A DNA stretch of 64,000 bases from Octopus vulgaris (GCA_951406725.2 OX597815.1:70866001-70930000); one strand, 5' to 3'; positions 1 to 14,272 are shown, counted from the stretch's first letter. Numbers and translations: made by a program. The notes: generated by a model from the letters alone, not told the origin.

Positions 1-834
1 TCAACTTGCTATAAAAGCAGATAGTAATTTTACTTTGTCCTTATTCTTAGTGCAAGTTTCGAAGAGTGCAGTTCGATTTTAACAGTTATTTTTTCAAAGC
101 TTTAATGGAAGTGGCAAAGGAGCATGTTCAGCATATTTTGCTTTATGAGTTCAAAAAAGGCAACAACGTAACGGAAAGTGCGAAGAATATTAATGCAGTA
201 TATGGAGATCGAAAAATAAGCGTTAGCCAGTGTCAACGGTTGTTCCAGAAATTCCGAGCCGGAAAATATAGCGTAGAAGATGAGCCTCGTCCCGGAAGAT
301 CTGTAGGGCTCAACGAGAACGTTCTGCAAATCTTGGTGGAACAAAATTCCATCATAACTGTTGAGGAAGTAGCAGAGAAGCTTGGATATGGTCATTAAAC
401 AAGTCATTCAAGTCAGCACTAGAAGAAAAATGACTATCTTTGATTTCAAGGCGAAAGGCGTTTTTTCATCAGGATAATGCTCGGCCACATACAGTGAGGA
501 TGACATTCCAAAGGCTGGAGCAGTTTGAATGGGAAACGATGCCCCACCCACCATATTCGCCGGATATTGTCCCATCTGATTATCATTTATTTCGCAGTTT
601 TCAAAATAATTTGGACAGAAAATATATGAATTTTGTAGACGAGGTCAGAATAGTACTGGAAGAGTATTTTTCGTCACGACAAGTGAATTTTGGAAGAGGG
701 GCTTTGCAAGTCTACCAGATAGATGGAAGAGTATTGTAGAGAATGAAGGAGAGTATATTTTAGATTAAAAAGAACTTTATCTTGACTTTGAAAAATAAAA
801 GTATAAAAACCGCATTATTTATGGAACGACCCAA
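1..834 (+). mobile_element. Mariner (DD34D) transposon, internally deleted; left end outside window
   Basis: 105-398 encodes a mariner N-terminal HTH (LLYEFKKG..EDEPRPGR). 440-739 has HQDNARPH...HPPYSPDIVPSDYHLF with 34 residues between the Ds. The WVPHEL/first-D region is missing. Right TIR (rc TTGGGTCGTTCCATAAATAATGCGG) is followed by TA. Confidence 0.92.
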
Positions 835-844
835 TATATATAAA

Positions 845-1301
845 ATTAAATTAGGCAACGGTTTAGCAATGTATCACCAAAAAGGAAAACTATAATATGA
901 CTGAGGGTATTAGAACACCTACAATGCTAGAAATAGGAGCTAAAGTGCTTTGATGCTGCAGTCAATGCACACAATTGTATACATACAGACTGACAGCGAC
1001 TATAAACGGCCGAAAATAGCAGTCGTGATGTCCCTATACCATCGACAGTTTCGGCTTTAACAACGGGAACCTCTTCAGTAGGGTCGGCACAACTCGCCAG
1101 ATTCCGGACAAGATTGCCACCGGTATATATGTCTACATCAAAGAAATTTATGCATGATTTAGCGAATCGCTAATGTATATACAAATTATTAAATTAGGCA
1201 ACGGTTTAGCAATGTGTTACCAAAAAGGAAAACTATAACTGTCATTAAATATGACTAAAAGTATTAGAACCCCTACAATGCTAGAAATAAGAGCTAAAGT
1301 G
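845..1301 (-). repeat. Partial tandem unit (period 343 bp) with ~105-bp direct repeats, hammerhead-containing
   Basis: 845-947 is repeated at 1188-1301 (ATTAAATTAGGCAACGGTTTAGCAATG...GAGCTAAAGTG); (TA)n on both flanks. Confidence 0.85.
1032..1083 (-). ncRNA. Type I hammerhead ribozyme, canonical core
   Basis: Minus strand: CCCUA CUGAAGA GGUU-loop-AGCC GAAA CUG UCGA UGG UA^UAGGG. Stems I (5 bp), II and III all pair; GUA cleavage triplet. Confidence 0.85.
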
Positions 1302-2074
1302 ATATATATATATATATATATATGTAAATGCCGACCGATGAGGATGGGTTCTCAACATTGCATAGGTGGATAGAATTTCTTTATTTGTGTATTAAGACTA
1401 CAATTGGTTTCATGTTCAGAGAAAATTTCTTAATATCTTAACAAATTTTCATGTGATTTGTATTGTACAGCTTTCAAGCCGATTTGTATTGCTAGCTTGT
1501 ATTGTACAGTTTAGGGAGAATTCAGCTCGTCAGTTTGTTATGATATTCCTCTGACATCATGGGACAAATTGTAAACAAAATTGCTGCATATTTAACTAGG
1601 TCTGTGCAAGGGTCAGTGAGGAACTGACATTGCCCCTAGTGTTGAAGCTCCAACCTTCACCTCTTTTCACCTACTATTAAAATCAGTTTGATAAAAAATT
1701 TTCCTAGGGAGCTTACATTCCCTTTCATAAAAACAGCTGTGTAGATTTGCCGAACTTGCAATTCCCCCACTCATTTGAATAACACTTTCAAACTGTGTTC
1801 TCTCACTTCTTTTTTTTTCAGCACTGCACCACAGCATACAATCTGTTACATAATCGGGTCCTCAGTAACTGAAACGTCACTTTTCATGGTTAGCCTGGTG
1901 AGAAGAGATACTAGAAACCTCACAGAACAAAGGAAGAGACGAGTCAACAGAAGGGCCAACGATTATCTTGCAATGGCGTGGGTCGCAGAAATTCTGTGTT
2001 GGTGTCCTGTAGGTCGTAAAACCACAAGTAATAGGGAATCATTTAACTCTCGTTAAATTAGGAATGTCTATGAG

Positions 2075-2109
<35 letters not shown>

Positions 2110-2317
2110 TATGCGAGGCTTTAGTATCCAGAAGCCCCAAAAGGCAGGCAAGGATATGTAAGTGCTACTGAAAGACCGCTATTAGACTCTCGGCTCGATA
2201 ATAACATGAGTGAGGGGTCTAATGCGAATCGTGTGTGAGCGTATATATGTTAAGTAAAATGAGACAACGAAGTTAAGACAGTGTGAAATTTCTAGGACGT
2301 TTATAAAGAGAATGGTA

Positions 2318-2365
2318 GTCTTACAGCCGTTTCAGCGATATAAAAGATATCCCATCATCAGAGAC
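2318..2365 (-). ncRNA. Minimal type I hammerhead ribozyme
   Basis: GUCU CUGAUGA UGG GAUAU CUUUU AUAUC GCU GAAA CGGCUG UA^AGAC; quasi-palindromic stem III; same family as 42385-42460. Confidence 0.72.
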
Positions 2366-3279
2366 AATATGAGATGGTTAAATAGAAGGAAATAGCAGAG
2401 TTCAGTATAAGAAGTTATTTTGGAAAGAGAGAGATATAGGAGGTATAAGGGGAATATGAGAATAAAAATATATGTTGGATGTTAAAGATGCTGTTCCATT
2501 ATCCAAGGAATGTGCTGAGTAGAATGGGCAAAGTGGCTTCTTGTTCATGGTATGTAAATTCCGATAGGAGTTCATATTTTGTTATTCTAAATGGATAGTG
2601 AGCAGATATTAATTCTATGTGCTGTTCATTCAACGGGATCTTGTAGTGTAAATGAATTTTTCAGAATATACTCGTTGGGGAAGTTGGCAGAGAGAAGAGA
2701 CTGGAGAATAGATAAATATGATAGAAGGAAGAAATGGTATTGGTCAGAAGGATTAGGGGAGGAAAGAAGAAAGAGGACGAGAAAAGGAGTGTTAGATGGT
2801 GGTCAAGATAATGTGATGGGGCAGGGAGAATGGAATAGGTGGAGGGATAGAGGGAAGAGGTAATAATGTCAAGAAAGAATATGTGTGAGAAGTTAGAGGT
2901 GGGGTGATATGTTTGAAAAGGCACTAAGGTGGAGAGAAAATAAAGAATGTGTATGGAGGGGTGTGCTAAAAGTGTAGTAAATCTCAAAAGGGGAGGAGAA
3001 GAATAAGAAGATAAAACGGTAAAGTTTCTGAAAAATAAACATAAGCATTTATATGAAGTCAGAGATTGTACTAGCTTAAGTGATAGTGAGAACTGATAAA
3101 TCAGCGAGAGAAAGAAAAATATGTATATAGATATACACACACGCGCACGCATATACATATAAATGTGTATATGCACTATTATATAGGCCTGCATACTCAC
3201 ACATATACATATACATATGTATCTATACACGTGCGCATATATATATATATATATGCATGCGCATACATGTATATATATA

Positions 3280-3456
3280 TAAATGCTTAGCGGTCTTTCG
3301 CCCGTCGCTACATTCTGAGTTCAAATTCCACCGAGGTTGACTTTGCCTTTCATCCTTTCGGGTCGATAAATTAAGTACCAGTTGAGTACTGGCGTGGATG
3401 TAATCCAGTATCTCCCCACCCTAAAGTTCAGGCCTTGTGCCTATAGTAGAAAGGAT
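3280..3456 (+). mobile_element. tRNA-derived SINE family B, 5'-truncated
   Basis: GAGTTCAAATTCC B-box plus GACTTTGCCTTTCATCCTTTCGGGGTCGATAAATTAAGTACCAG central domain; ends in (TTC)n(ATT)n. Confidence 0.8.
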
Positions 3457-3539
3457 TCTTCTTCTTCTTCTTCTTCTTCTTCTTCTTCTTCTTCTTCTTC
3501 TTCTTCTTCTTCTTCTTCTTCTTCTTCTTCTTCTTCTTC

Positions 3540-3599
<60 letters not shown>

Positions 3600-3600
3600 C
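3457..3600. repeat. (CTT)n(ATT)n compound microsatellite
   Basis: Direct reading; a similar array lies at 3842-4022. Confidence 0.95.
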
Positions 3601-3611
3601 ATTACTATTAA

Positions 3612-3839
3612 GGCAACGAGCTGGCAGAATCATTAGCGCACCGGACGAAACACTTAGTGGTATTTCGCCCGTCACTATATTCTGAGTTCAAATTCCGTCG
3701 TTGTCAGTTTCCGCCTAGGTCAAATTCTGCCGAGGTTTCATCCTTTCGACAAAATAATTCCGATTGAACACTGGGGGTCAATGTAATCGACTCATCTCAT
3801 CCCCCAAAATTGCTGCCGATGTGGCAGAATTTGAAACCA

Positions 3840-3840
<1 letters not shown>
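3612..3840 (+). mobile_element. tRNA-derived SINE family B
   Basis: GGCAACGAGCTGGCAGAATCATTAGC head (A-box), GAGTTCAAATTCC B-box, shared body, (ATT)n tail. Confidence 0.8.
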
Positions 3841-3907
<67 letters not shown>

Positions 3908-3955
3908 TTTCTTCTTCTTCTTCTTCTTCTTCTTCTTCTTCTTCTTCTTCTTCTT

Positions 3956-4024
<69 letters not shown>

Positions 4025-4422
4025 GGTGTAGGAGTGGCTGTGTGGTAAGTAGCTTGTTTATGAACCACATGGTCCCAGGTTCAGTCCCACTGCGTGGCAC
4101 CTTCTACTATAGCCTCGGGCAGACCAAAGCCTTGTGAGTGGATTTGGTTGACAGAAACTGAAAGAAGCCGGTCGTATATATGTATATATATGTGTGTGTG
4201 TGTATATGTTTGTGTGTCTGTGTTTGTCCCCCACCAACATCGCTTGACAACTGATGGTGGTGTGTTTACATCCCCGTAACTTAGCGGTTCAGCAAAAAGG
4301 GACCAATAGAATAAGTACTAGGCCTACAAAGAATAAGTCTGGGGTCGATTTGCTCGACTAAAGGCGGTGCTCCAGCATGGCCACAGTCAAATGACTGAAA
4401 CAAGTAAAAGAGTAAAAAGGAG
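4025..4422 (+). mobile_element. tRNA-derived CORE-type SINE family A
   Basis: GGAGTGGCTGTGTGGTAAG A-box, GGTTCAGTCCC B-box, internal (TA/TG)n, 3' end CAAATGACTGAAACAAGTAAAAGAG; more than 10 copies in the window. Confidence 0.9.
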
Positions 4423-4927
4423 TAAATTATTACAAAAACAACCAGCGTGGTTGCATGCCTATGGTTTTGTATGTACCCGATATATATTTGGCTATCCAGT
4501 GTATTTGCCATGTATTCCATACCTGCTGAGATGTGCGTACATATATTTTGTTTGCACAATTGATTTTGCATACATATGCAGTTTTTCAATGCAGCTGTTA
4601 TTTCTGTTAGCGAATGCAGCAAGAAAATATTTGCAAGTCATATCCCCCTCTCTGTAATCACGGATATGCACTGGAGACAGAAGGGCAGAAGCAGCTAACT
4701 ATGCATATATTAGTGCAAACAGTATGAAGAGAACACAGGCTTGATTTCGGGTAGGCGTGTAGCTCGCTACAGCAGTGTGTGTGTAATCATATTTATCTTA
4801 TCTACCTGCCCTCCTAGATGTCTTTGTATATAGTTACCTGTTTCACTAGCTATTTACCTATGTACCAATCTGCGCTCATACATACATACAAACATACATA
4901 CATATGAAAACAAACATGCATACGTAC

Positions 4928-4929
<2 letters not shown>

Positions 4930-5009
<80 letters not shown>

Positions 5010-5090
5010 ATGTGATAAGTACGTGATGGAATGCATGCGTTCAAATATATGTACATAGACATATATTAAATACATGCATATGTGTGTGTT

Positions 5091-5125
<35 letters not shown>

Positions 5126-5136
5126 CTATATATACA

Positions 5137-5168
<32 letters not shown>

Positions 5169-5198
5169 AGTATACATACATATGTATATATATATACA

Positions 5199-5260
<62 letters not shown>

Positions 5261-6213
5261 ACTGCATGCATGCACGCACACATACACACACATATATATG
5301 TACATACACACATATGCAAATCGAGTATGTATACATCAAGTTATGTATAGATATCTTTTCATACGTTCGTATATCTTTATCTATATCTCTCCACACACAT
5401 ACACACACACACTCACACACACACACATCCATGCATCTATGCATCCATCCGTCCATCAATCCATCCATCCAACCATCTATCCATATACGTATATAGCCAG
5501 CTTTATACACACTCTTCCTGGTTAACTTTCTACATACTAGTACCTACCAACCTATCTACCTACCTACCTACCAACCTACCAACCTACCTACCTACCTACC
5601 TACCTACCTACCTACCAACTTACCTACCTACCTACCTACCTACCTACCTACCTACCTACCCTACCTACCTACCTACCTACCTACCTACCTACCTACCTAC
5701 CTACCTACCTACCTACCTACCAACCTACCAACCTACCTACCTACCTACCTACCTACCTACCTACCTACCTACCTACCTACCTACCTACCTACCTACCAAT
5801 CATCCTCCTTCGTTTTGATCAACATCTATATCAAGCCACTTACCTACCTACATATATTTATCTACTTACCTGTCTATTTCTGTATTGATCATACAATTCA
5901 CTCATCAATCTTCACATGGACGCCACTATATCTTAAGTTACACATTTTCTCTTATATATTTTAACATGCCTGTTGGGTATATGTGTGTGTATAAAGCGTG
6001 TGTATGTTTGTGTGTGCGTATGGATGTGTATGCACGTAGGCATGCACACATGTTGAACTACCTATGGATATATCTATGGAGCAATCTACAGGAATAGTAT
6101 TCCAAACTCAACATCTATCTCCTGCATTTACCTGTTAATCCATCTTCCCAACTACTTATCGTTTCCTCTTCTCTGTCCTTCCTTCCGTCGCTTCTGTGTG
6201 CATACGTGCGTGC

Positions 6214-6289
<76 letters not shown>

Positions 6290-6380
6290 TGTGTTTGCGT
6301 GAGTACGTGCGCCCGCGCACACACTCACACACGCTCATACATACATATATATCCATCTCTGTACGCCTGTACGTCCACGT

Positions 6381-6446
<66 letters not shown>

Positions 6447-6459
6447 GCCTGTCTGTCAA

Positions 6460-6509
<50 letters not shown>

Positions 6510-6533
6510 CCTGTTTCTCTCTCTGTCTCTGTC

Positions 6534-6614
<81 letters not shown>

Positions 6615-6640
6615 TTATCTATCTATCTATCTATCTATCA

Positions 6641-6733
<93 letters not shown>

Positions 6734-6976
6734 CCTGTGCATGTATATGCGTGTGCGTGTCTGTATGTAATGTAGATGTATGCGTGAATGTGTATATGTG
6801 TGTGTCTGTGTGTTTGTGCGGATATATGGGTACATGTATGTATAACACGTATATGTATGTTTGTGTGTGTGTGTGTGTGTGTGTGTGCGACCAATATTAT
6901 AAGTTTCAATTTCAGATGTTTACATGTCGTATGTCCGGTGCAGCAGGTGAAAAAACGTGACTGTTTTGAAGGATGC

Positions 6977-7023
<47 letters not shown>

Positions 7024-7325
7024 AGAAAGAGAGAGAGAGACAGGGAAAGAGAGGGAGAAAGAATGAGAGAGGGACAATGTGAAGGCGGATACAGGTGATA
7101 GGAGAAGATGGAGAAAGAGATAAAGAGACAGATAGATAGAAAGAGAAGGAGTGAGAAAGAGAAAGAAACGAAGAGAGAGAGAGAGAGGGAGAGAGAAAGA
7201 GGAAGAAGTGGGAGAAAATATTACCAAAAGGTCTGGAGATGCTGTAAAAAGTTACAGAATATAGAAAGTACTGTGCAAATGGCGGTGCCCCAGTATGGGC
7301 GCAGAGTCTGAAATGGATAATAGAA

Positions 7326-7412
<87 letters not shown>

Positions 7413-7447
7413 ATATCTGTCTGTCTGCTTGTCTGTCCTGTCCGTCC

Positions 7448-7502
<55 letters not shown>

Positions 7503-7898
7503 AGTCTTTAATCCCAAAAAAATCTACTGATTCATACATTAGATACGGAAACACACACAGAGGCATAAACACATACACACAGATGCACACACACACGCAC
7601 ATACACACACACGCACATGCACACACACACACACATTAACATACGCACATACACATGCATACATACATGCACATGGAGACACATGTACATGCACACACAG
7701 AATACACACGTGAAAATAACCAGCACTTTTCCAAAGTCCAGCAGGTGACGCTACACACATTTTGTTCAAATGCCAATGAGGTCTCTCTAACTTTCACAAT
7801 TACACAGACGCACACGCGAGAGTGCACACACACACACACAGATTCACAAATACATACACACACACTCACACATACAGACGAACACACAGACATGTACG

Positions 7899-7935
<37 letters not shown>
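4930..7935. repeat. Microsatellite-dense block: (TA)n, (TACC)n, (TG)n, (TCTA)n/(TCTG)n, (GA)n
   Basis: Direct reading; accounts for the low-complexity ORFs in this interval. Confidence 0.9.
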
Positions 7936-7937
<2 letters not shown>

Positions 7938-7939
<2 letters not shown>

Positions 7940-8298
7940 TTTTATTCTTTTATTCTTTTATTTGTTTGTCATTTGACTGCGGCCATGCTGGAGCACCGCC
8001 TGTAGTCGAACAAATCGATCCCGGGACTTATTCTTTGTAAGCCTAATACTTATTCTATCGGTCCCTTTTACCGAACCGCTAAGTTACGGGGATGTAAACG
8101 CACCTACATCAGTTGTCAAGCAATGGTGGTGTTGGTGGTGGGGGGAGAAACAGACACACAAACATATACATTTATGTTTCCGCCTACCAATCCGAGGCTA
8201 TAGTAGAAGACACTTGCCCAACGTGCCACGCATTGGGACTGAATTCGGAACCATGAAGTTGGTAAGCAAGGTACTTACCACATAGCCACTCCTGCGCC
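7938..8298 (-). mobile_element. SINE family A
   Basis: Reverse complement of the family A sequence, ending CCACTCCTGCGCC. Confidence 0.88.
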
Positions 8299-8452
8299 TA
8301 TATATATAGAATTTAAAAATTAGTCAGCGTGAAAACCTCATAGGAGAAAAAATCCACCAATTTTTCTCACTTGAATATATTTATTTATATTATATAGAGG
8401 GCATTACTACACATAAATGCCACATGCTAGGAGGGACTCTGAAAGTCAAAAC

Positions 8453-8513
<61 letters not shown>

Positions 8514-8641
8514 TAGTTGAATGATTTATCTTAGTATGGATAATTCGGTTAACCGATACCTGGGTAGCAAATTCACGTCAGAAAAACACGGTTGAAAGGA
8601 ATTTTGTTAAATCGTCGATCAACTCCATTCTTTCATTTATT

Positions 8642-8716
<75 letters not shown>

Positions 8717-9167
8717 ATGCGTGTATATGTATAAATGTATGTATATATATATATGTAAACAGGTGTATCAGAATATATAAAGTTACAATGTAAATTGTTT
8801 TGATAATGTACACACACACACACACACACACATACACACACACGCACACGCACATGCACACGCACACACACAAACACATACATATAGATAAATATGCACA
8901 CATATATATTTAATATTTTGTTACATTATATAAAGTTAGAAAGTATAAGTAATTATGCATAATGGAAACACGGAAACAGACGCGCATACACACTCATACA
9001 TACACGCACACACACATTTATATGTTATAAATTGTCATTGTAGAATATGTAAGCATGTAAACCCTTTCCACACTATTGATGCGCTTACCATGTAGAAATA
9101 ATGTGTCTACATTGTTAATTAACTCACAGTGAGTCTTTGTAATGTTGAATTCATTTAAGTTGTTCTG

Positions 9168-9202
<35 letters not shown>

Positions 9203-9208
9203 ACGCAA

Positions 9209-9271
<63 letters not shown>

Positions 9272-9448
9272 TGCAGAGTTAGCGGTTATAGTAACCGACT
9301 AAGGAATAAAATATCCGTATATACTATCGATATCCTTTACCAGTTTTATCACCGGGCAATGCTGGGCAGGCACACCATACACGTAGAGTGCAGCAGATAA
9401 CAACAGGATAAACAAGAATTCACCAGGAACCATTTTCTAACTATTTGC

Positions 9449-9486
<38 letters not shown>

Positions 9487-9590
9487 AAGTAATTTTAGAT
9501 TAGGTAGGGTATATAATACCACTTGCTAAAATAAGAGCATATACTCCAAAAGCCACCATAAAAAATACTATAAAGATACACACGAGCATG

Positions 9591-9677
<87 letters not shown>

Positions 9678-9764
9678 GCATTTACACACATACATGCGCT
9701 CACGCGCATACACACACACGCACGCACATACATACATACACACGCACATCTACCTCTACATACA

Positions 9765-9841
9765 TCGGTAGAGCATCAGACTTTGATTGGTGGGCCTTAC
9801 AGGAAATCTGAGGGTCGCGGGCTCGAGTCCCTCTGCGAGTG
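9765..9841 (+). pseudogene. 5'-truncated, intron-containing tRNA-Lys(TTT)-like pseudogene
   Basis: TCGGTAGAGCATCAGACT and ATCTGAGGGTC match the eukaryotic tRNA-Lys(TTT) body. 19-nt insert (9787-9805) at the 37/38 position. Anticodon reads TTG, T-loop reads CTCGA, 5' acceptor strand absent. Confidence 0.65.
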
Positions 9842-10044
9842 CATGTCTATATGTATATATTTAAAATAAGGTTGAGAAATTAGATATTAATTTAATTAAC
9901 ATCGATTTCACACCAGTGGTCTAGCATAAAAAACTGAAGGTTCAGTAAAACTGTATAATATATATATGAGGGAAACCATATATCAGTTTATGTATGTGAG
10001 TGTGTTTGTGCGTTTGCATGTATGTGTCCACATATTGGTTTCCC

Positions 10045-10105
<61 letters not shown>

Positions 10106-10134
10106 CATAAGTATATATGTATATATATATATGC

Positions 10135-10166
<32 letters not shown>

Positions 10167-10213
10167 GTGTGTGTGTGTATATACATATGTATATATATAT
10201 ATATATTCATATA

Positions 10214-10279
<66 letters not shown>

Positions 10280-10310
10280 GTGTATATACATATGTATATA
10301 TATATTTATG

Positions 10311-10349
<39 letters not shown>

Positions 10350-10362
10350 GCACCGTACTATT

Positions 10363-10406
<44 letters not shown>

Positions 10407-10937
10407 CATAGAAAGGCATATAAATAGAATGCGAGCGTACACACATACAAACGCACAAACACACACACATACATAAACTGATATTACACACACTCATTTA
10501 GTATACATGTGCATATGCAAAACGTGTGTCTCTATGTCTGTATGTGTGTATGAGTGTATGAGTGTATGTATGTTTGTGTTTATATGCTTTTAGCGCGCGT
10601 GCGTTTGCGCGAACACTATGGTGTAGTTTGCCAGTAAGTCAATGTATAGTCCATTGGTAAGTCAGTGTTAGCTATTTATACAACTTGCATAAAATTGCTG
10701 AGCTTGCTCTCTTACAAGAAACGAACGATCGGGTGCAATGGTGTTTGTACTGCTTTTCTTTAATGTTTCATAATTCTCTCCCTTCCTTTCCCTCGTCCTT
10801 CTTTCTATCTCCCCTTTCTAACACAAACGCAGTTCACGCTCATTCTCTCTAAATTCATATATGTATTTGTGTGTGCGCGCATATGTGTATGTATGTATTT
10901 ATGCGTGTGCATATCTATCTATATATATATATATATA

Positions 10938-11143
10938 CTCTTTTACTCTTTTACTTGTTTCAGTCATTTGACTGCGACCATGCTGGAGCACCGCCTTTAG
11001 TCGAGCAAATGGATTTCGGGACTTATTCTTTGTAAGCCCAGTACTTATTCTATCGTTCTCTTTTGCCGAACCGCTAAGTGACGGGGACGTAAACACACCA
11101 GCATCGGTTGTCAAGCAATGCTAGGGGGACAAACACAGACACA

Positions 11144-11183
<40 letters not shown>

Positions 11184-11362
11184 TATGTATATACATATAT
11201 ACGACAGGCTTCTCTCAGTTTCCATCTACCAAATCCACTCAAGGCATTGGTCGGCCCGTGGCTATAGCAGAAGACACTTGCCCAAGATGCCACGCAGTGG
11301 GACTGAACCCGGAACCATGTGGTTGGTAAGCAAGCTACTTACCACACAGCCACTCCTGCGCC
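10938..11362 (-). mobile_element. SINE family A, full length
   Basis: Near-identical to the copies at 27593 and 60461; contains the CORE-like CTTGGGCAAGT on the minus strand. Confidence 0.92.
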
Positions 11363-11363
11363 A

Positions 11364-11434
<71 letters not shown>

Positions 11435-11845
11435 GATGTTTGTTTTTATGTTGTGTAATGATAAAAACAATTTTATATTTTTGTAGGGTACATATTTATT
11501 AGGTCAGGATTTTAGCGAAGAAAATATTTTGACAAATTAAACTTAAATGTTGAAGTGAATCGAACGGCTTTTGTGTGTTTCTTAAATGGCTTATGCACCT
11601 TCCACGCTGCATTGTTTTCGTTCCAGCACACGATCTCAGATCAAATCACTTGCTATGCGAGTATATTTCCGTAATATTTTTTATACTTCTACAAGAAGAG
11701 TGGTGACACTGACTTCGAAGTTTCGACAGTCTGATGAAGGTTAGCAGACCGAAACGTCGAAATCATAATCACTACTCTTCTTGTGAAAGTACATACATAC
11801 AAACAGACAAACATACATACATACATACATACATACATACATACA

Positions 11846-11876
<31 letters not shown>

Positions 11877-12434
11877 GTATGTATGTATATGTATACGTAC
11901 GTATGTATGTATATGTATGTATATATGTATATATATATATTATATATATTTAGTTTGATTTGAAAACCCCACTAGAATGGGAGAAAGTGCTAATACATGA
12001 TCTAAGTTATATGATGTATAAAAACATGTAATATACAAATAAATATCTGTAAATATAAAACCATCCGAATTTCTGGGTACCTCATTTCTTCTAATATAAA
12101 ATACCTGTACATCATCTCCAAACCTTCCAATATATATATATATGGAGGGGGAGAGATATAGGAAATGATATAAAGCTATATGCGCATATCTTCAGTGTAT
12201 GATTATGTGTTTGAGTATGCAATAATTTAATATGCTTCTTTAGTCCTTTGAATAGTTATTTAGGAATTTTAATCAATACGTATAGACATAGGTGCCTTCC
12301 AAGTTATGTATATACGTACGTGCATATATATGTGTGTGGGGGGTCGTGTTGTGTGTGTCTGTTTGTAAAAATATGAATATATATGTGTGTGTGTAAAAAT
12401 ATGAATGTATATTTATATACATGTGTGCGTATGT

Positions 12435-12883
12435 TTCACTCCTGTTTCACTGTGGCCATGATGGAGCACCGCTTTAAAGGGTTTTAGTCGAGAAAGAGCG
12501 ACTCCAGGACTTATTCTTTGTAAGTCTGGTACTTATTCTCTCAGTCACTTTTGCCGAACCGCTATATTACGGGGAGGTAACCACACCAACACCAGTTGTC
12601 AAGCGAGGATGGGGCAATAAACACAGACACAGACACAGACACACAGACACACAGACACACACACAAATACGCACACACGTAAATACGCACACACACACTC
12701 AAACACACATACGCATACACACACATACGAAAGGCTTCTTTCAGTTTTCGTCAACCAAATTCATTCAAATGGCTTTGGTAGGCCTGAGGCAGTAGTAGAA
12801 GTCACTTGCCCAATGGTGCCACGCAGTGGAACTAAACCCGGAACCATGTAGCTGGGAAGCAAGAGTCTTAACACTGAGCCACG

Positions 12884-12884
<1 letters not shown>
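12435..12884 (-). mobile_element. SINE family A, diverged
   Basis: Same head, body and tail motifs on the minus strand. Confidence 0.85.
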
Positions 12885-12950
<66 letters not shown>

Positions 12951-13126
12951 CGTTTAAATATTTGTTGTGCAAGATTTTTTATGTGAAGTCGTGTGTTGAA
13001 ACAGATATTGTTATATTTCGGAATGGTCATTTTGCCAGTTTAGCCAATAAAAACACACGCACTATATATTTGGTGTTATTTTGCTTCAGTGTTATTTATT
13101 TTTTACATTAATCTTAATCTTATTTC

Positions 13127-13171
13127 GGCCAGAGTTCTTTCGTCACACTCCTGTGACCGCATCAGTGGTCC
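13127..13171 (-). ncRNA. Hammerhead-like ribozyme, variant core (left arm)
   Basis: GGACCA CUGAUGCG GUCACA GGAG UGUGAC GAAA GAAC UC^UGGCC; CG replaces A9. Confidence 0.6.
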
Positions 13172-13512
13172 TTTGTTTTCTTCTTTCTTATTTGTGTCTC
13201 TCCTTACTAACCGTCAGCCATTTTGTATTTCTATTTATGTCTTCATTTGCGCATGCTTATATCTCTATGTGCGTTTATGTTTATTTAGTGTGTGTATGTG
13301 GGGGGGATGCCTGTAATATTTGTATCTTCTGTTTATACATGTAATTTGTATTTTGTTTTTGTTGATTTTGTTTATTCTTATTTTGTTCATGTGTTTACAT
13401 CCACTTATTATTATCATTACATATGCTTGTATGTATAACAACAATACTAGTAATAATAATAATAAATCGAATCGAAAAAAAAAATATAAATAAAAAAATT
13501 ATAAATAAAAAA

Positions 13513-13634
<122 letters not shown>

Positions 13635-13683
13635 ATATATAGTTATTTATTTCTTTTAGTTTATTTATCTGTGTATTTATTAT

Positions 13684-13836
13684 GTCTGTGGAGCGAATAT
13701 CGCTAGCAATTACAGAATCTCCTACTTCCTCTCAATGATCATACGCCCTATAATCCGGGTGTCACCTGATGTTTGTGACAGCACAGAAGATCTCCTCAGC
13801 AGGATCGATGACTGTAACAGCACTTGTGACCTGACA
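13684..13836 (+). pseudogene. Penelope-like reverse transcriptase fragment
   Basis: Hand translation VCGANIASNYRISYFLSMIIRPIIRVSPDVCDSTEDLLSRIDDCN resembles the PLE RT segment preceding the SxDV..LY motif. Confidence 0.6.
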
Positions 13837-14010
13837 TGAACATATATAAACAGAAGATACAAATATTACAGGCATCCCCCCACATACACACACTAAATAA
13901 ACATAAACGCACATAGAGATATAAGCATGCGCAAATGAAGACATACAATAGAAATACAAAATGGCTGACGGTTAGTAAGGAGAGACACAAATAAGAAAGA
14001 AGAAAACAAA

Positions 14011-14055
14011 GGACCACTGATGCGGTCACAGGAGTGTGACGAAAGAACTCTGGCC
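14011..14055 (+). ncRNA. Hammerhead-like ribozyme, variant core (right arm)
   Basis: Identical to the left-arm motif; perfect 6-bp stem II, CUC triplet. Confidence 0.6.
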
Positions 14056-14169
14056 GAAATAAGATTAAGATTAATGTAAAAAATAAATAACACTGAAGCA
14101 AAATAACACCAAATATATAGTGCGTGTGTTTTTATTGGCTAAACTGGCAAAATGACCATTCCGAAATAT

Positions 14170-14272
<103 letters not shown>

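Noticed and set aside
1460-1535. Minus-strand CUGACGA GCUGA..UCGGC UU GAAAGCUGUA hammerhead-like motif
   Set aside because: Extra bases before GAAA, damaged stem III and no stem I; at best a decayed copy.
11721-11762. CUGAUGA A GGUU AGCA GACC GAAACGUC
   Set aside because: Core and stem II look real, but stem I cannot form and a TTTCGAC/GTCGAAA hairpin competes; not counted as intact.
3382-11958. Many ORFs of YI, CV, LSIY, poly-S/L/I type (here and throughout the window)
   Set aside because: Translations of microsatellites that lack stop codons; no domain content.
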